DNA from: a virus
DNA length: 64,000 nt
Reading direction: 5' to 3' (one strand)
IMG/VR virus record: IMGVR_UViG_3300036851_000385
Span: 6,137-70,136 of that record
Shown here: piece by piece, positions 16,637-26,732 of the stretch
Layout: each line of letters opens with the position of its first letter
Position numbering within the stretch: the stretch's first letter is position 1
Program-made: the position numbers and the translations under genes
The notes under the pieces: generated by a model
What the model was told of the DNA's origin: nothing
The model's input: only the letters and a program-made list of their open reading frames with translations
Databases searched by the model: none

Positions 16637-16968
16637 GGCCCCGGCTCCGGCAGAAAGCCCCGCGCCCTCGCCGTGTCTATCAACCGCAGCGTTGCGGCGT
16701 TCCGCGCCTCCGCGTCGTCAAAGTCAACCTCTTCGAGGAAGTACGCCAGCCGCCGGATATTCTCCGGCACCGTCATCCCCTTGGCGACGAGCAGGAGCAT
16801 CGGCTTATCGAGGACCACGGCGAGACCCAGCTGCATCAGCACGATCGGATCGTGCCGGCAGCCGGGTGTGAAGAGGGAGAGACAGACGACGCTCTGGTCG
16901 ATCATCGCTGCGTTCCGGCGTGCGGCATCTTTCAAGAGGAGCATCTCTTCCGGGTCGAAGTCGCTCAC
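16633..16968 (-). CDS. Hypothetical protein, possibly Rossmann-like
   Basis: MQLGLAVVLDKPMLLL; GGAGG RBS. Confidence 0.6.
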   Translation of the reverse strand: MSDFDPEEMLLLKDAARRNAAMIDQSVVCLSLFTPGCRHDPIVLMQLGLAVVLDKPMLLLVAKGMTVPENIRRLAYFLEEVDFDDAEARNAATLRLIDTARARGFLPEPGP

Positions 16969-17014
16969 TCGCTGCCTCCTTGGATATCAATGAACTGCTT
17001 GAGCGCCTCCCTGG

Positions 17015-17224
17015 TCATTCGCTGTCTCCTTCTTCGAGCAACTGCAGCAGGTCGGCGCGCTTGATACGCCACCGTCCGAACACCTTCTGTGCCGGTATCC
17101 TGCCCTGCGCGCACAACCGGACGACGGTCTCGGTGGACATCCGTAAATAACGCGCCACCTCTCGCGGCGTGAGGAGATCGGGGACTTCCCGGCTTGAAAG
17201 CAGCTCCTCTTCCCACCAGCTCAT
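17015..17224 (-). CDS. Excisionase-like HTH_17 protein
   Basis: LLTPREVARYLRMSTETVVRLCAQGRIPAQKVFGRWRI. Confidence 0.85.
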   Translation of the reverse strand: MSWWEEELLSSREVPDLLTPREVARYLRMSTETVVRLCAQGRIPAQKVFGRWRIKRADLLQLLEEGDSE

Positions 17225-17430
17225 CCGGCACTTGCTCTCTCGATGAACTCTGTCAGATCCTCCCGTGCCACGCGCCACTCGTCCAGGATCTTGGTCGCCT
17301 TGATCTTGCCGTCCCGGCACAGCGATGTCACCGTGTATCGCTGGAACCCCAGGATCTCCGCAACTTGTCGCGTATTCAGCATCGGCGGCATCAGCGTTGT
17401 CCTCTTCAACTCTTTGTTGTCCACAGGCAC
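17221..17430 (-). CDS. Excisionase-like HTH_17 protein
   Basis: MLNTRQVAEILGFQRYTVTSLCRDGKIKATKILDEWRV. Confidence 0.85.
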   Translation of the reverse strand: MPVDNKELKRTTLMPPMLNTRQVAEILGFQRYTVTSLCRDGKIKATKILDEWRVAREDLTEFIERASAG

Positions 17431-17547
17431 TCTCTAAACCTCCCTGGCTTCGCGTAGATACGCCTAAATCTTCGTGGCTTTCTGTGGGTTTCTGTGGGCT
17501 TACCTCCTTCATTCGACACTTGCCGAATTTTCCCTATTTGTGCCAAA

Positions 17548-18024
17548 ATGAAGGACATGCAAGGCGTGCGGTTCAAGGCTGATCATGCAGGAGACGAGTG
17601 GCAGGACCAGACCGACCTCGCGAAACTGTGTGAGGGTGCAGGGCTGACCGTGCTGCAAGCGGAGGTGGTCCGCCTCACCGCGATGAAGTGCGATACGGAC
17701 CAGACGGCCGCGCATCTGGACCTGCCCAGATCCCAGGTGAGAGCGATTGCCGCAAGCAGTGAGAACCGGCTGAAGAAGTCGCAGTCGTGGTTACGTGGCG
17801 CCCTCTACCGCGAGATCCGAACGTGGCATGAGTGCCGGCGGAACAAGAACTGCAAGCCGCGACCTGACATTTTCCGAAAGGTGCCCGGCGGCTATGACCG
17901 CGCGGCGTTCTCTGCCCGGCCGCACGGGGAGGCGCCGGAAGATTTGATCGAGGAGCGGGATCGGCTCCTCCGCACTCTCCCCCGCCTGCTGGAAGGCCGG
18001 CGCGAGGAGGCGGCAGTGCCGTAG
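17548..18024 (+). CDS. Sigma region-4-like HTH protein, putative late regulator
   Basis: LTVLQAEVVRL...DQTAAHLDLPRSQVRAI...RLKK; lies just before the packaging module. Confidence 0.5.
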   Translation: MKDMQGVRFKADHAGDEWQDQTDLAKLCEGAGLTVLQAEVVRLTAMKCDTDQTAAHLDLPRSQVRAIAASSENRLKKSQSWLRGALYREIRTWHECRRNKNCKPRPDIFRKVPGGYDRAAFSARPHGEAPEDLIEERDRLLRTLPRLLEGRREEAAVP

Positions 18025-18144
18025 AGGCATGGCCGCGTTCCGGGGATGGGTGGATAGCGGGTAGTTCTTCGCCTTCTTGATGTTTGGCTGCTCGCGTGCG
18101 TGGGTAGAACAGCAGTACTCCAGAAAACCCAGTAACCAGAACCG

Positions 18145-18182
18145 ACGAGCCGCGAGAGGTTATCTCTCGCGGCTCGTTCCTT
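18145..18182 (+). terminator. Hairpin, possible intrinsic terminator
   Basis: 14-bp stem ACGAGCCGCGAGAG/CTCTCGCGGCTCGT with weak T tail. Confidence 0.45.
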
Positions 18183-18272
18183 CGTGGCAGGCAGGGCGGG
18201 GGTGGCTCTCCGATAGGTTAGCTAACTCTCCGTCCCCTCGGTAGCCCGCCCTTTGCCTGCCGCGCATCCCCT

Positions 18273-19481
18273 ATGAAGATCACCGAAGCCTCCATCGACA
18301 GCGTGTCCCCCGATCCGCGAAATGCGAACACCGGGACCGACCGCGGCAGGGAGGCGCTGCGCCATTCTCTCGCGAGCTACGGGGCTGGGCGCTCGATCCT
18401 GCTGGATCGCCACTCCCGCGTGATCGCGGGGAACAAGACGCTTTCCGCCGCCGCCGGCCTGGGGCATGAAGACCTCCTCATCGTGGACACGGACGGCTCA
18501 AAGCTCGTGGCCGTCCGGCGCACCGACCTCGACCTCGATGAACCGGAGGCGCGCGAACTCGCACTCAGTGACAACAGAATTGCCGAGTTAGACCTCTCCT
18601 GGTCGGCGGAAGCGATCGATGAGGCGCTGAAGGATGGGCTGGCCCTCTCGGCGCTGTGGACCGGCGATGAGCTGGAGGAGCTGCTGGCGAGTCTCTCGCC
18701 TGCTGGGGGGCTGATAGAGGAGGCGGACCCGGATTTCGTACCGGAGGCGGTGGAGCCGAGGTGCAAGCTGGGCGAGCTGTGGGCGATGGGGCCGCATCTG
18801 CTGTATGTCGGCGACTGTACGGATACCGATGCGATCCGGCGGCTGTGGGGCGACGAGAAGGCCGAGATCATCCTGACCGATCCGCCCTACTGCTCCGGCG
18901 GCTTTCAGGAGGCAGGGCGTACGAAGGGCAGCACCACCTCACAGAAGAAGGGTGCGGCGCTGCTCCGAGACCACCTCACGACCGAGGGTCTCGAAACTCT
19001 CATCGAACGCGCGATCGGTCGTATCCCTGCGGTCGGCTGCTGCTACGTGTTCTGTGATTGGCGGCAACTCTTTGCCATCCGCCGCGCGGTGGAACCTCTT
19101 GGCTATCAGTACCGTGCGCTCCTCGTCTGGGACAAGCAGACACCGGGGATGGGCGGGCCGTGGCGGCACCAGCACGAGTTGATCTACTTCGGCACACGGC
19201 GGAAAGAAGCCGCGACCGGGAACTCCGGTGATGTGCTGCAAGTCACGCGGACCGGCAACGATCTGCACACGACGCAGAAGCCGGTGAAGTTGATTGCGCG
19301 GATCCTTGAGAACTCCGAGGGCAACGTCGTTGCCGATCCCTTCGCCGGTAGTGGAACTACGCTGATTGCCTGCGAACAGGTCGGCCGAACGTTCCGAGGC
19401 TGTGAACTTGATCCGCACTACGCAGACACGATCGTCACTCGCTGGGAAGCCGCCACGGATCAGTCTGCCCGCCGTCTCTGA
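18273..19481 (+). CDS. ParB-like N-domain fused to N6/N4 DNA methyltransferase
   Basis: PDPRNAN...IAGNKT...LSDNRIAEL; TDPPY; HTTQKPV; DPFAGSGTT. Confidence 0.9.
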   Translation: MKITEASIDSVSPDPRNANTGTDRGREALRHSLASYGAGRSILLDRHSRVIAGNKTLSAAAGLGHEDLLIVDTDGSKLVAVRRTDLDLDEPEARELALSDNRIAELDLSWSAEAIDEALKDGLALSALWTGDELEELLASLSPAGGLIEEADPDFVPEAVEPRCKLGELWAMGPHLLYVGDCTDTDAIRRLWGDEKAEIILTDPPYCSGGFQEAGRTKGSTTSQKKGAALLRDHLTTEGLETLIERAIGRIPAVGCCYVFCDWRQLFAIRRAVEPLGYQYRALLVWDKQTPGMGGPWRHQHELIYFGTRRKEAATGNSGDVLQVTRTGNDLHTTQKPVKLIARILENSEGNVVADPFAGSGTTLIACEQVGRTFRGCELDPHYADTIVTRWEAATDQSARRL

Positions 19482-19693
19482 TCCTCTCTCTCTATCAGCA
19501 GAGCAGTCCAGCCGCCCTCGCAGCCGTGGCCGCGTAACCGAAAGACAGCCGTGGGACGCAAGAGCAAGCTGACGACGCAACAGGTTCGCGATTACATCGA
19601 GCGTATGAAGGCAGCCACGGCTGAGCAGGCAAGGCTTGATGCCATCGCGCGGCGGGAGTCGGAGCGGCGTGCGCGGGATCGCTGGATCGACTG

Positions 19694-20125
19694 ATGGGAC
19701 GCAAGAGCAAACTGACCCCCGACACCCAGAAGCGCCTCCTCGACCTCATCCGCGCCGGCGTGCCCAGGAAGCGCGCGGCCGAGGCGTGTGACATCGGCGA
19801 GTCCACGTTCTGGGAGTGGATGGCCGAAAAGCAGAGTTTCCGGAGTGGGGTAGAAAAGGCGTACGGCGAGTGCGTGGCGTCCAAGGTGCTTCGTGTCCGA
19901 AAGGCGGAAGACGGTGCGTGGCAGGCGGCGGCGTGGTGGCTGGAGCGGATGGAATGGCAGGACTTCGGTCGGCGTGATCGCGTGGAGAACACCGGCCCCG
20001 GCGGCGGTCCGATGCAGCACGAGCACGCGGTGGACCTGAAGGCCCTCCCCACCCACGACCTGAAGGAGCTGCGCCGTATGCAGCTCGCGGCAACCAAGAA
20101 CGGCGATGGCAGCGGCGGCGGTTGA
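19694..20125 (+). CDS. terS: Terminase small subunit
   Basis: MGRKSKLTP HTH, WQAAAWWLER motif, directly upstream of TerL. Confidence 0.75.
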   Translation: MGRKSKLTPDTQKRLLDLIRAGVPRKRAAEACDIGESTFWEWMAEKQSFRSGVEKAYGECVASKVLRVRKAEDGAWQAAAWWLERMEWQDFGRRDRVENTGPGGGPMQHEHAVDLKALPTHDLKELRRMQLAATKNGDGSGGG

Positions 20126-21518
20126 TCTCTTCTCCCCGGAGCGGATCGAAGAGACGAGGCAGATCCTCCTCACGCGAGACTTCCGCTTCTTCGTGGAGGA
20201 GGTGCGTCCCCGGTTCATCTGGTACCCGCACTGCGAGCGGATTGCAGGCGTCTTGCAGCGAGTAGCCGACGGCGAGCTGCGGCGCGTGATGATCTTCTGC
20301 CCGCCCCGGCACTCCAAGAGCGAGACCGTCTCCCGCCTGTTCACCGCCTACTACCTGAACCGATACCCGGAGCGGTTCGTCGGCCTCAACTCCTACGCTG
20401 CGGACCTGGCGTATACGTTCAGCCGGGCGGCACAGGAGAACTATCGCGCGGCCGGAGGACCGATCAACAAGGACTCGATGGCGCTGGGCCATTGGGAGAC
20501 CGGCAAGGGCGGCGGGATGTGGGCCGCCGGCGTCGGTGGTCCGATCATGGGCAAGGGCTTTCACCTGGGCGTGATCGATGACCCGATCAAGAACGCCGAG
20601 GAAGCATCCTCCGAGGTTGTGCAGGGCCGGCAGCAGGAGTGGTATCAGTCCACCTTCCTCACCCGCGAGGAGCCCGGCGGCGCCGTGGTTATAATCCAGA
20701 CAAGGTGGCATGAAAGAGACCTCTCCGGCTGGTTGCTCGAGGAAGAGGTCGGCGGCGAGTATCCGGAAGGATGGCATATCGTCAACCTGGCGGCCATCCG
20801 TGACGAGGATCCGGAGGTACCGCCCTCCTGCACCCTGGAGCCGGACTTCCGAAGCACTGGGGAGGCGCTGTGCCCCGAGCGATATGACGCGGACAGGCTC
20901 ACGAAGATCAAGGAGCGCGTGGGGGGATATTTCTTCGCTGCGCTGTTCCAGCAGATGCCCCGCCCCAAAGAGGGCAACCTCTTCAAAGATTACTGGTTCA
21001 AAGAGCCGCTTCCGGCGCGGCCGGCGCTAGGCGCCCGCGTGCGTGCCTGGGACCTGGCGGCGACGGAAGGCGGCGGCAAGTTCACCTGTGGTCTCCTGAT
21101 GAGCCGGACTCCCGAGGGTCAGTATGTGATTGAGGATGTCAAGCGCGGGCAATGGTCCGTCGGTAAGAGAGACCAGATCATCCTTGACACCGCGAGAGAC
21201 GACGGCGCTGCTGTGGCCGTGTGGCTTGAGGAAGAGCCGGGATCCGCCGGCAAGTCGCAGACCTTCACGCTCGTTCGCAAGCTCGAAGGGTTTCCGGTCC
21301 GTGCCGAACGGCCTACCGGCGACAAGGAAGTTCGCGCGCGGCCGCTGGCGGCGCAGATGGAAGTCGGGAACGTCTTGTGGGTGAAAGGCGATTGGAACCG
21401 GGCGCTGAAGGAGGAGTACAAGAGCTTCCCCACCGGCACGTTCAAAGATCAGGTCGACGCAGGGAGCCTCGCCTTCAACAAACTGGCCGCCACCGTCACC
21501 GGAGCGTTCCTCTTCTAA
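20106..21518 (+). CDS. terL: Terminase large subunit
   Basis: PPRHSKS Walker A, IDDPIKN, IQTRWHERDL, RAWDLA, DQVDA. Confidence 0.95.
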   Translation: MAAAAVDLFSPERIEETRQILLTRDFRFFVEEVRPRFIWYPHCERIAGVLQRVADGELRRVMIFCPPRHSKSETVSRLFTAYYLNRYPERFVGLNSYAADLAYTFSRAAQENYRAAGGPINKDSMALGHWETGKGGGMWAAGVGGPIMGKGFHLGVIDDPIKNAEEASSEVVQGRQQEWYQSTFLTREEPGGAVVIIQTRWHERDLSGWLLEEEVGGEYPEGWHIVNLAAIRDEDPEVPPSCTLEPDFRSTGEALCPERYDADRLTKIKERVGGYFFAALFQQMPRPKEGNLFKDYWFKEPLPARPALGARVRAWDLAATEGGGKFTCGLLMSRTPEGQYVIEDVKRGQWSVGKRDQIILDTARDDGAAVAVWLEEEPGSAGKSQTFTLVRKLEGFPVRAERPTGDKEVRARPLAAQMEVGNVLWVKGDWNRALKEEYKSFPTGTFKDQVDAGSLAFNKLAATVTGAFLF

Positions 21519-21679
21519 TGGCCCCCTACACGCCTCCGTTCGATGGCTGGGCGCTTTTCGGCCTCGGCGTCGGCCTCGCCGGCAGCGTGCTGGTCGTTGG
21601 CCTGGCGGCCCTCACCGTCTATGGTCTCTGGCTGGCCCTGCTGGGCTGGGCGGGAGGCGTCCGTGCGCGGCCTTTCTAG
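21518..21679 (+). CDS. Small membrane protein
   Basis: 53 aa hydrophobic; start overlaps TerL stop. Confidence 0.5.
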   Translation: MAPYTPPFDGWALFGLGVGLAGSVLVVGLAALTVYGLWLALLGWAGGVRARPF

Positions 21680-22299
21680 CCGACGTGCTTCCAGCCTTTG
21701 CCGCGGGTAATCCCGCCGACGCATGTCTGTGTGACCCCGTATTCGGCGGCGAGGGCTTTCTGTGTGATGCCGCCTTCGGAGTAGCGCCTGCGGATCTCGC
21801 GGACTTGGTCCTCGGTTAGCTTGCTCTGGTGGTTGCGCTCTCCCGGCATCCGGCACTTTTCCGGCTTGGTATAGGCTCCGCTTCGGATACCCGTGGCGAG
21901 CCTGCCTTTCCTCATGCAGTCGTGGGTATTCTCTTTGGGAGTTCCGAGGAACAGATGATCCGGCCGGACACAGGCGCGATTGTCGCAGTGATGACAGACG
22001 AACAAGCCTTCAGGGATGGGGCCGTAGTGAAGCTCCCAGGAGACGCGATGGGCAGGGACGCCATTGCCCGAGACGCTCATCTGCCCGTAGCCGCGGACGA
22101 GGGCGCCTGTCCACTCCCAACACGTTTTTGTTTTCTTGATGTAGTGCCAGAAGCGCTTGGGGATTGGTGTCGGTTTGTCCTTCCAGTAGCAAGCGTGGGA
22201 ACAGTATTTCCCTTTGCCTACGTTCGCTTCTCCCACGGTGATGAGAAAGCGTTTGCCGCATTGACGACAGGAACGGGGAATGGTAGGGTAGACGGGCAT
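21676..22299 (-). CDS. HNH homing endonuclease with N-terminal Zn ribbon and C-terminal HTH
   Basis: CWEWTG...AHRVSWEL...VCHHCDNRACVRPDHLFLGT...SKLTEDQVREIR. Confidence 0.9.
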   Translation of the reverse strand: MPVYPTIPRSCRQCGKRFLITVGEANVGKGKYCSHACYWKDKPTPIPKRFWHYIKKTKTCWEWTGALVRGYGQMSVSGNGVPAHRVSWELHYGPIPEGLFVCHHCDNRACVRPDHLFLGTPKENTHDCMRKGRLATGIRSGAYTKPEKCRMPGERNHQSKLTEDQVREIRRRYSEGGITQKALAAEYGVTQTCVGGITRGKGWKHVG

Positions 22300-22418
22300 C
22301 GAGAATCTCCTTTCTCGGTGCGAAAGCCTCGGGGTGTGGTCAGCACTCCGGGGCTCTTTGTTGCTGCTTAATTGTATCGCAACGTGCCATTCGACTACAC
22401 TCTTTCTACTCGTAGAAC

Positions 22419-23828
22419 ATGAACCTAGTTGCTTCGCTTCGTGAGAACATCGGCCGGGGAGCAAGCAAGGGTTTTCGCTTCCCGAACTCGGCCAGCGGTG
22501 GTGGCTACGGCTCCGGCTACGGTTACGGATGGGGAAGCGGCTTTGGCCTCCTGCCGGGGACGGATTACGATTACGTGAAGGCCAGCGGAATTTGCTGGCA
22601 CAACGGCATCGTCATGACCGCGCTCGGTTGGATCTGCGGCGCCTTCCCCGAGGCGAAGCTGGTCATCCACCGGCCGCGGAAGAACGACAAGCCGGAAGTC
22701 ATCACCGACCACCCGGCGCTCGATCTCATCGCCACGCCTAACGCCGACTACGATGACGTGGTGCTCTTCGGGGGCCTCTTGCTCTCGATGATCGGCGGCA
22801 ACGGCAACGGCTACCTGTTCAAGCAGCGCGCCGGCATGACGAACGTCCGGGGCCTCCAGTATATCCCGCACTACATGATCCGGCCGCAGTATCCCAGCGA
22901 TGGCACCGACTACATCCGAGGCTATCTCTACCAGACGGACGGCAAGCAGTTCCTCTACCCCGAGAGCGAGGTCGTCCACCTGAAGAACCCGCGCTGGCCG
23001 ATGGACCCGGCCAACACGCGCATGGCGATGCACCCGCTGCTCGGCGAACTGCGCTCCGTCGCCAATGACAACGAGGAGCGCAGCTTCTCCGCGGCGATGC
23101 TGCGGAACATGGGCTGGCCGGGGGCGCTGCTCTCGCCGAAGAATCCCGAGCAGTCGTTCACCGCCGAGCAGAACGAGCAACTAAAATCCGGGTGGAAGAG
23201 CCGAGTGTCGGGCGACAACCGGGGGATGCCCTTCGCCTCCACCATCCCGATCGACGTTCATGCGTTCGCCTTCAGCCCGGAGCAGCTCGCCACCGACAAG
23301 CTGGCGCGGATGAACATCGCGAGGATCTGCGCGATCATCGGAATTGATCCTCTCGCCCTGGGTCTGCCGTCTGACACGAAAACTTACTCGAATGTCGAGC
23401 AAGCCAGAAAGGCGGCGTATCAGAATATGCTGATGCCGCTTCAGGCGGCGATGGCCTCGCAGCTCACCCGCCAGCTCATCAAGACGAACGACCTGCTTTC
23501 GTGTCCGGATACCGATCGCTTTGGCTGGGACTATTCGGAGGTGGCCTGCCTTCAGGAATCGATCGACGAGCAGTATAAGCGTCTCTCGGAGGCTGTGAAG
23601 GCTGGGTGGATCTCGCCGAATGACGCTCGGATCCAGGTGGGGCTCGAGGAAATCGAAGGCGGCGACGAACTCCGCCCAGCCCCTGGAATGGGCGGCGGCA
23701 TGGGCCAGGAGGGACAACCCCCTGTCCCTCGCGCCGCCTCGCTCTCGCCCAAGCAGGCGGCCATCGCGGAAAGATGGCAGGTGCGGGCGGAGGAGCGGCG
23801 GCAGCTTGCTCTGAACGGACACTCATGA
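22419..23828 (+). CDS. Phage portal protein (HK97 family)
   Basis: DHPALDLIATPN, GNGYL, EVVHLK, TYSNVEQA, ISPNDAR. Confidence 0.9.
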   Translation: MNLVASLRENIGRGASKGFRFPNSASGGGYGSGYGYGWGSGFGLLPGTDYDYVKASGICWHNGIVMTALGWICGAFPEAKLVIHRPRKNDKPEVITDHPALDLIATPNADYDDVVLFGGLLLSMIGGNGNGYLFKQRAGMTNVRGLQYIPHYMIRPQYPSDGTDYIRGYLYQTDGKQFLYPESEVVHLKNPRWPMDPANTRMAMHPLLGELRSVANDNEERSFSAAMLRNMGWPGALLSPKNPEQSFTAEQNEQLKSGWKSRVSGDNRGMPFASTIPIDVHAFAFSPEQLATDKLARMNIARICAIIGIDPLALGLPSDTKTYSNVEQARKAAYQNMLMPLQAAMASQLTRQLIKTNDLLSCPDTDRFGWDYSEVACLQESIDEQYKRLSEAVKAGWISPNDARIQVGLEEIEGGDELRPAPGMGGGMGQEGQPPVPRAASLSPKQAAIAERWQVRAEERRQLALNGHS

Positions 23829-24088
23829 GCGATTTCACCGGTACCCAATGGTTCGTGCTCCTGATGGCCCTCATTATGCTTGTGGGCTACGGCCTGCACC
23901 TGGCATTCCGAGCCGAAAAGGAAGTCAAGAAGGAGCGGACGACGGTCGAGGAGTGGATGAATCTTCCACAAAACCGGAATTCTCCGACACCGCTGCTCTG
24001 GGGCTATCGCGCGGAGGAAGAGCGACCGGAGGACGCAGTCGCGCCCACCGAGAGCGGTGTTCCGCCGAAACTGCCGGCTGATCGCTGA
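23825..24088 (+). CDS. Small membrane protein
   Basis: N-terminal TM; ATGA overlap with portal stop. Confidence 0.55.
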   Translation: MSDFTGTQWFVLLMALIMLVGYGLHLAFRAEKEVKKERTTVEEWMNLPQNRNSPTPLLWGYRAEEERPEDAVAPTESGVPPKLPADR

Positions 24089-24470
24089 TGGAAGCCTGGG
24101 CGCTTGCGGCGGCGAATGGACACAGTTGAGCGCGACCGAGCTGCTCGTCTGGGGGGTCGTGGCGCACCTGATAGCCGATTGGTTGCTACAGAACGAATGG
24201 ATGGCGCTCAACAAGGTCTCGATTCACCACGCGGCGGCCTGGGTTCACGCGGACATTCACCTTGTGGCGTTGCTCCTTGTCTTCCCTGTCCAGGTCGCCG
24301 CCATTCTCGCCTTCGTCCATCTCCTGATCGACACGCGGATCCCGCGGGCCTGGTGGGCGAAAACGTTCCGGCAGACGACTGAGGGCGAGATGGGCGTTCA
24401 TGTTGCGATCTGGGCGGATCAGGTCATGCACGTCGTGTGCATCGCCGTGGCGGCGGCCTGGTGCGCCTGA
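24057..24470 (+). CDS. DUF3307-like membrane protein
   Basis: AHLIADWLLQNEWMA, HLLIDT, DQVMH; true start probably further downstream. Confidence 0.8.
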   Translation: MFRRNCRLIADGSLGACGGEWTQLSATELLVWGVVAHLIADWLLQNEWMALNKVSIHHAAAWVHADIHLVALLLVFPVQVAAILAFVHLLIDTRIPRAWWAKTFRQTTEGEMGVHVAIWADQVMHVVCIAVAAAWCA

Positions 24471-24562
24471 TGGACGGCTGGGCGCTCCTGTGCATCTTCC
24501 TCGGCGTGATCGCGCTGGCGTACTGGGCGCACCGCAATATGCCGCCGCCGGGAGGATGACTG

Positions 24563-24766
24563 ATGGCGAGTGAAGTTTCAGCAGCGCTCTCTGGGTACAC
24601 AAACGCATACCTCCTCCGCGACATGCGCGACGGCGAGGAGGTCGGCAGCGTGCAACTCTTCCAGCCGAAGGCCGGTGACGGGGTTTCGATTTCGCTTTCT
24701 CCACAGGAGGCGCGTGTGCTGGTCCGGCTCCTCTCCCTGGCCGGCTATGACCGTCCCGCAGACTAG
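24563..24766 (+). CDS. Hypothetical protein
   Basis: GGAGG RBS, 67 aa. Confidence 0.5.
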   Translation: MASEVSAALSGYTNAYLLRDMRDGEEVGSVQLFQPKAGDGVSISLSPQEARVLVRLLSLAGYDRPAD

Positions 24767-24780
24767 GGATTGCTTGCAGC

Positions 24781-25404
24781 GTGCCGAAAGTCCAGACGAA
24801 GGCGGAGGCCCTCACCGCGCACGAGCAATTCGCCGCCCTTCACGCGGACACCGCCGACCGCCTCGCCACCCTCGCACACGAATGGGCAGCCGGCGAGTGG
24901 TCCTCCGGCACCTGGGCGGCGGAGATGGATGCCATTCTCCTCGACGCCCACACCCAGGCAGTCGTGATCGGCCGTAGCCACGCGGGAGACGATGCGCCGG
25001 AAGAGGCGGATGACCGGGAGTTCGCGCGTCCGATCGTGGAGAGCGAGCACGCATTCCTCCAGCCGTTCGTTGACCAGATGGAGGCAGGCACGTTCACGAG
25101 TGAGGACGGCACGCGGGACGGGGAGGCGGTGGCGGCGCGGGCGGTTCTGTACAGCGGTAGGCTGACGGGAACCGCGAATCAGGCGTTCACGGCCACGCTG
25201 CCGCCGGAGGCCGAGGTCTGGTGGATCCTCGGCGCAGAGGATGACTCGAACTGCGAATCCTGTCCGGCGATTGCTGACGGTTCGCCCTACCCGGCGTCGA
25301 GCTTCGACATCTGGCCGGGCAGCAATTCAACGCCATGCTTATCCTCGTGTCGCTGTCGGTTGGAAACGGCAGACGGAGTGCGAGGCTTTCAAACACCCGA
25401 TTGA
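24781..25404 (+). CDS. Minor head morphogenesis protein (Mu gpF / SPP1 gp7-like)
   Basis: Position after portal; WW...CESC...CLSSCRCRL. Confidence 0.65.
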   Translation: MPKVQTKAEALTAHEQFAALHADTADRLATLAHEWAAGEWSSGTWAAEMDAILLDAHTQAVVIGRSHAGDDAPEEADDREFARPIVESEHAFLQPFVDQMEAGTFTSEDGTRDGEAVAARAVLYSGRLTGTANQAFTATLPPEAEVWWILGAEDDSNCESCPAIADGSPYPASSFDIWPGSNSTPCLSSCRCRLETADGVRGFQTPD

Positions 25405-25931
25405 CCCTTCAAAGGTCGGGGGCGGTGCATCTTCCGCATTGCACGGGCGCGCTCGGAGGACATATGATGCTTTCTGTGCTCCTCGGGCGGTTTCAGTTCC
25501 AGGTTTTCTAGCCGATCGTCGCTGCAATCTTCGTTTCGATGGTGGATCTCCATGCCCTCTGGGATAGGACCGTTTGCTTGTTCCCAGCGCCAGCGGTAGC
25601 GATAGGCGTATCGATAAGAGGCGGAGGCATCGTCCCAGTACTTCGCATAGCGGCGGCCGTCAGCTTTGGCGAGGGTGAACTTTTCCTCCGTCAGGTCTGC
25701 GTAGCGGCCCTTCCGCGCATCGTGGGCTGCGGTAAGTCCCTCGTGGATACGCTGCCGCTGCTCGGGATCAGCCCACTGGGCTTTTGCCTTCCTCCGCATT
25801 CCGCAGCTCATGCACTCGACCGCTCGATGATCTTTGGCTGCTCCACAGTGGCAGATACACGAACAGACTTGGCACAGATTGCTCTTGCGCCCTGCGTAAA
25901 GTCTGGTTGAACAACGTTCACATTCTCGCAT
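25389..25931 (-). CDS. HNH endonuclease with N-terminal Zn fingers
   Basis: WEQANGPIPEGMEIHHRNEDCSDDRLENL; TGATACAAT 5 nt before ATG. Confidence 0.85.
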   Translation of the reverse strand: MRECERCSTRLYAGRKSNLCQVCSCICHCGAAKDHRAVECMSCGMRRKAKAQWADPEQRQRIHEGLTAAHDARKGRYADLTEEKFTLAKADGRRYAKYWDDASASYRYAYRYRWRWEQANGPIPEGMEIHHRNEDCSDDRLENLELKPPEEHRKHHMSSERARAMRKMHRPRPLKGQSGV

Positions 25932-26025
25932 ACTTAATTGTATCATTGTCATTGTATCATCGGCAGTTATCCTCATGTAGGCGCTCCTTACAGACAAGCG
26001 AGGGGTTAACAGGGTTCACGACGCC

Positions 26026-26463
26026 ATGAGCATCCCAGAAGTTCCGGCTGACAAATGCACGGTCGCGGAGCGGCTCGGCAACTGGGTGCGGCAGATCGTC
26101 ATGGCGCCGAACTCCGAGACGGAGCTTGGCGCGGAGCTTGCGGTGAGTGCCGGCCAGTCGTATGAGCGGTTCGTCTACCATGTCCCCTGCGGCAAGCCGG
26201 TGTTCTACGAGGGGCTGGAGAGCCAGCTCGTGGAGTGCTCGGCCTGCGGTAAGCGGTGGTTGCTGCGGATCGTGCCGGAGGTGGTGGGCACCATGACCGA
26301 GTGGAAGACCGGCGATAAGGTCTGGGCGGCTGGCGAAGAAGCCCAGGTGCTGGAGCACGACGCGCGTGAGGGTACCTACCGCGTCAAGCTGCTGACCTCG
26401 AACCGCGAGGTCTGGATGGACGCGAAGCTCGTCTTTGCCAAAAAGCCCTCCTCCGCGCCGTAG
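26026..26463 (+). CDS. Hypothetical protein (Zn ribbon plus SH3-like)
   Basis: HVPCG, CSACG, WKTGDKVW...YRVKL. Confidence 0.55.
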   Translation: MSIPEVPADKCTVAERLGNWVRQIVMAPNSETELGAELAVSAGQSYERFVYHVPCGKPVFYEGLESQLVECSACGKRWLLRIVPEVVGTMTEWKTGDKVWAAGEEAQVLEHDAREGTYRVKLLTSNREVWMDAKLVFAKKPSSAP

Positions 26464-26510
26464 AGGGAACCGACCGTTCCTGCGATAAACTACTTGCCAA
26501 GGAGAATATC

Positions 26511-26732
26511 ATGCAAGAGTTGATCGCACAGTTGGTCGAGGCGCTGAAGGAGTGGCGAGAGGCGCAGAGGTCCTCCGGAGAAGCGCACAAGGTTTACGAG
26601 GTTGCCGAGAAACGGCGCGAGATCGCCTACCGCCGTGTCGGGGCGCTCCAGATCGAGTTAGGCGCCGAGATCCGTTCCCTCGCCGGATACTCGGCCGAAG
26701 ACATCGCCTCGTATAAGGAGCAGACTCTGTAG
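26511..26732 (+). CDS. Small coiled-coil protein
   Basis: AAGGAG RBS; helical. Confidence 0.6.
   Translation: MQELIAQLVEALKEWREAQRSSGEAHKVYEVAEKRREIAYRRVGALQIELGAEIRSLAGYSAEDIASYKEQTL

Noticed and set aside
22497-22545. GGCTAC/GGCTCC repeats at the portal N-terminus
   Set aside because: Codon-level Gly/Tyr/Ser low complexity with no inverted arm; not part of the heptamer family
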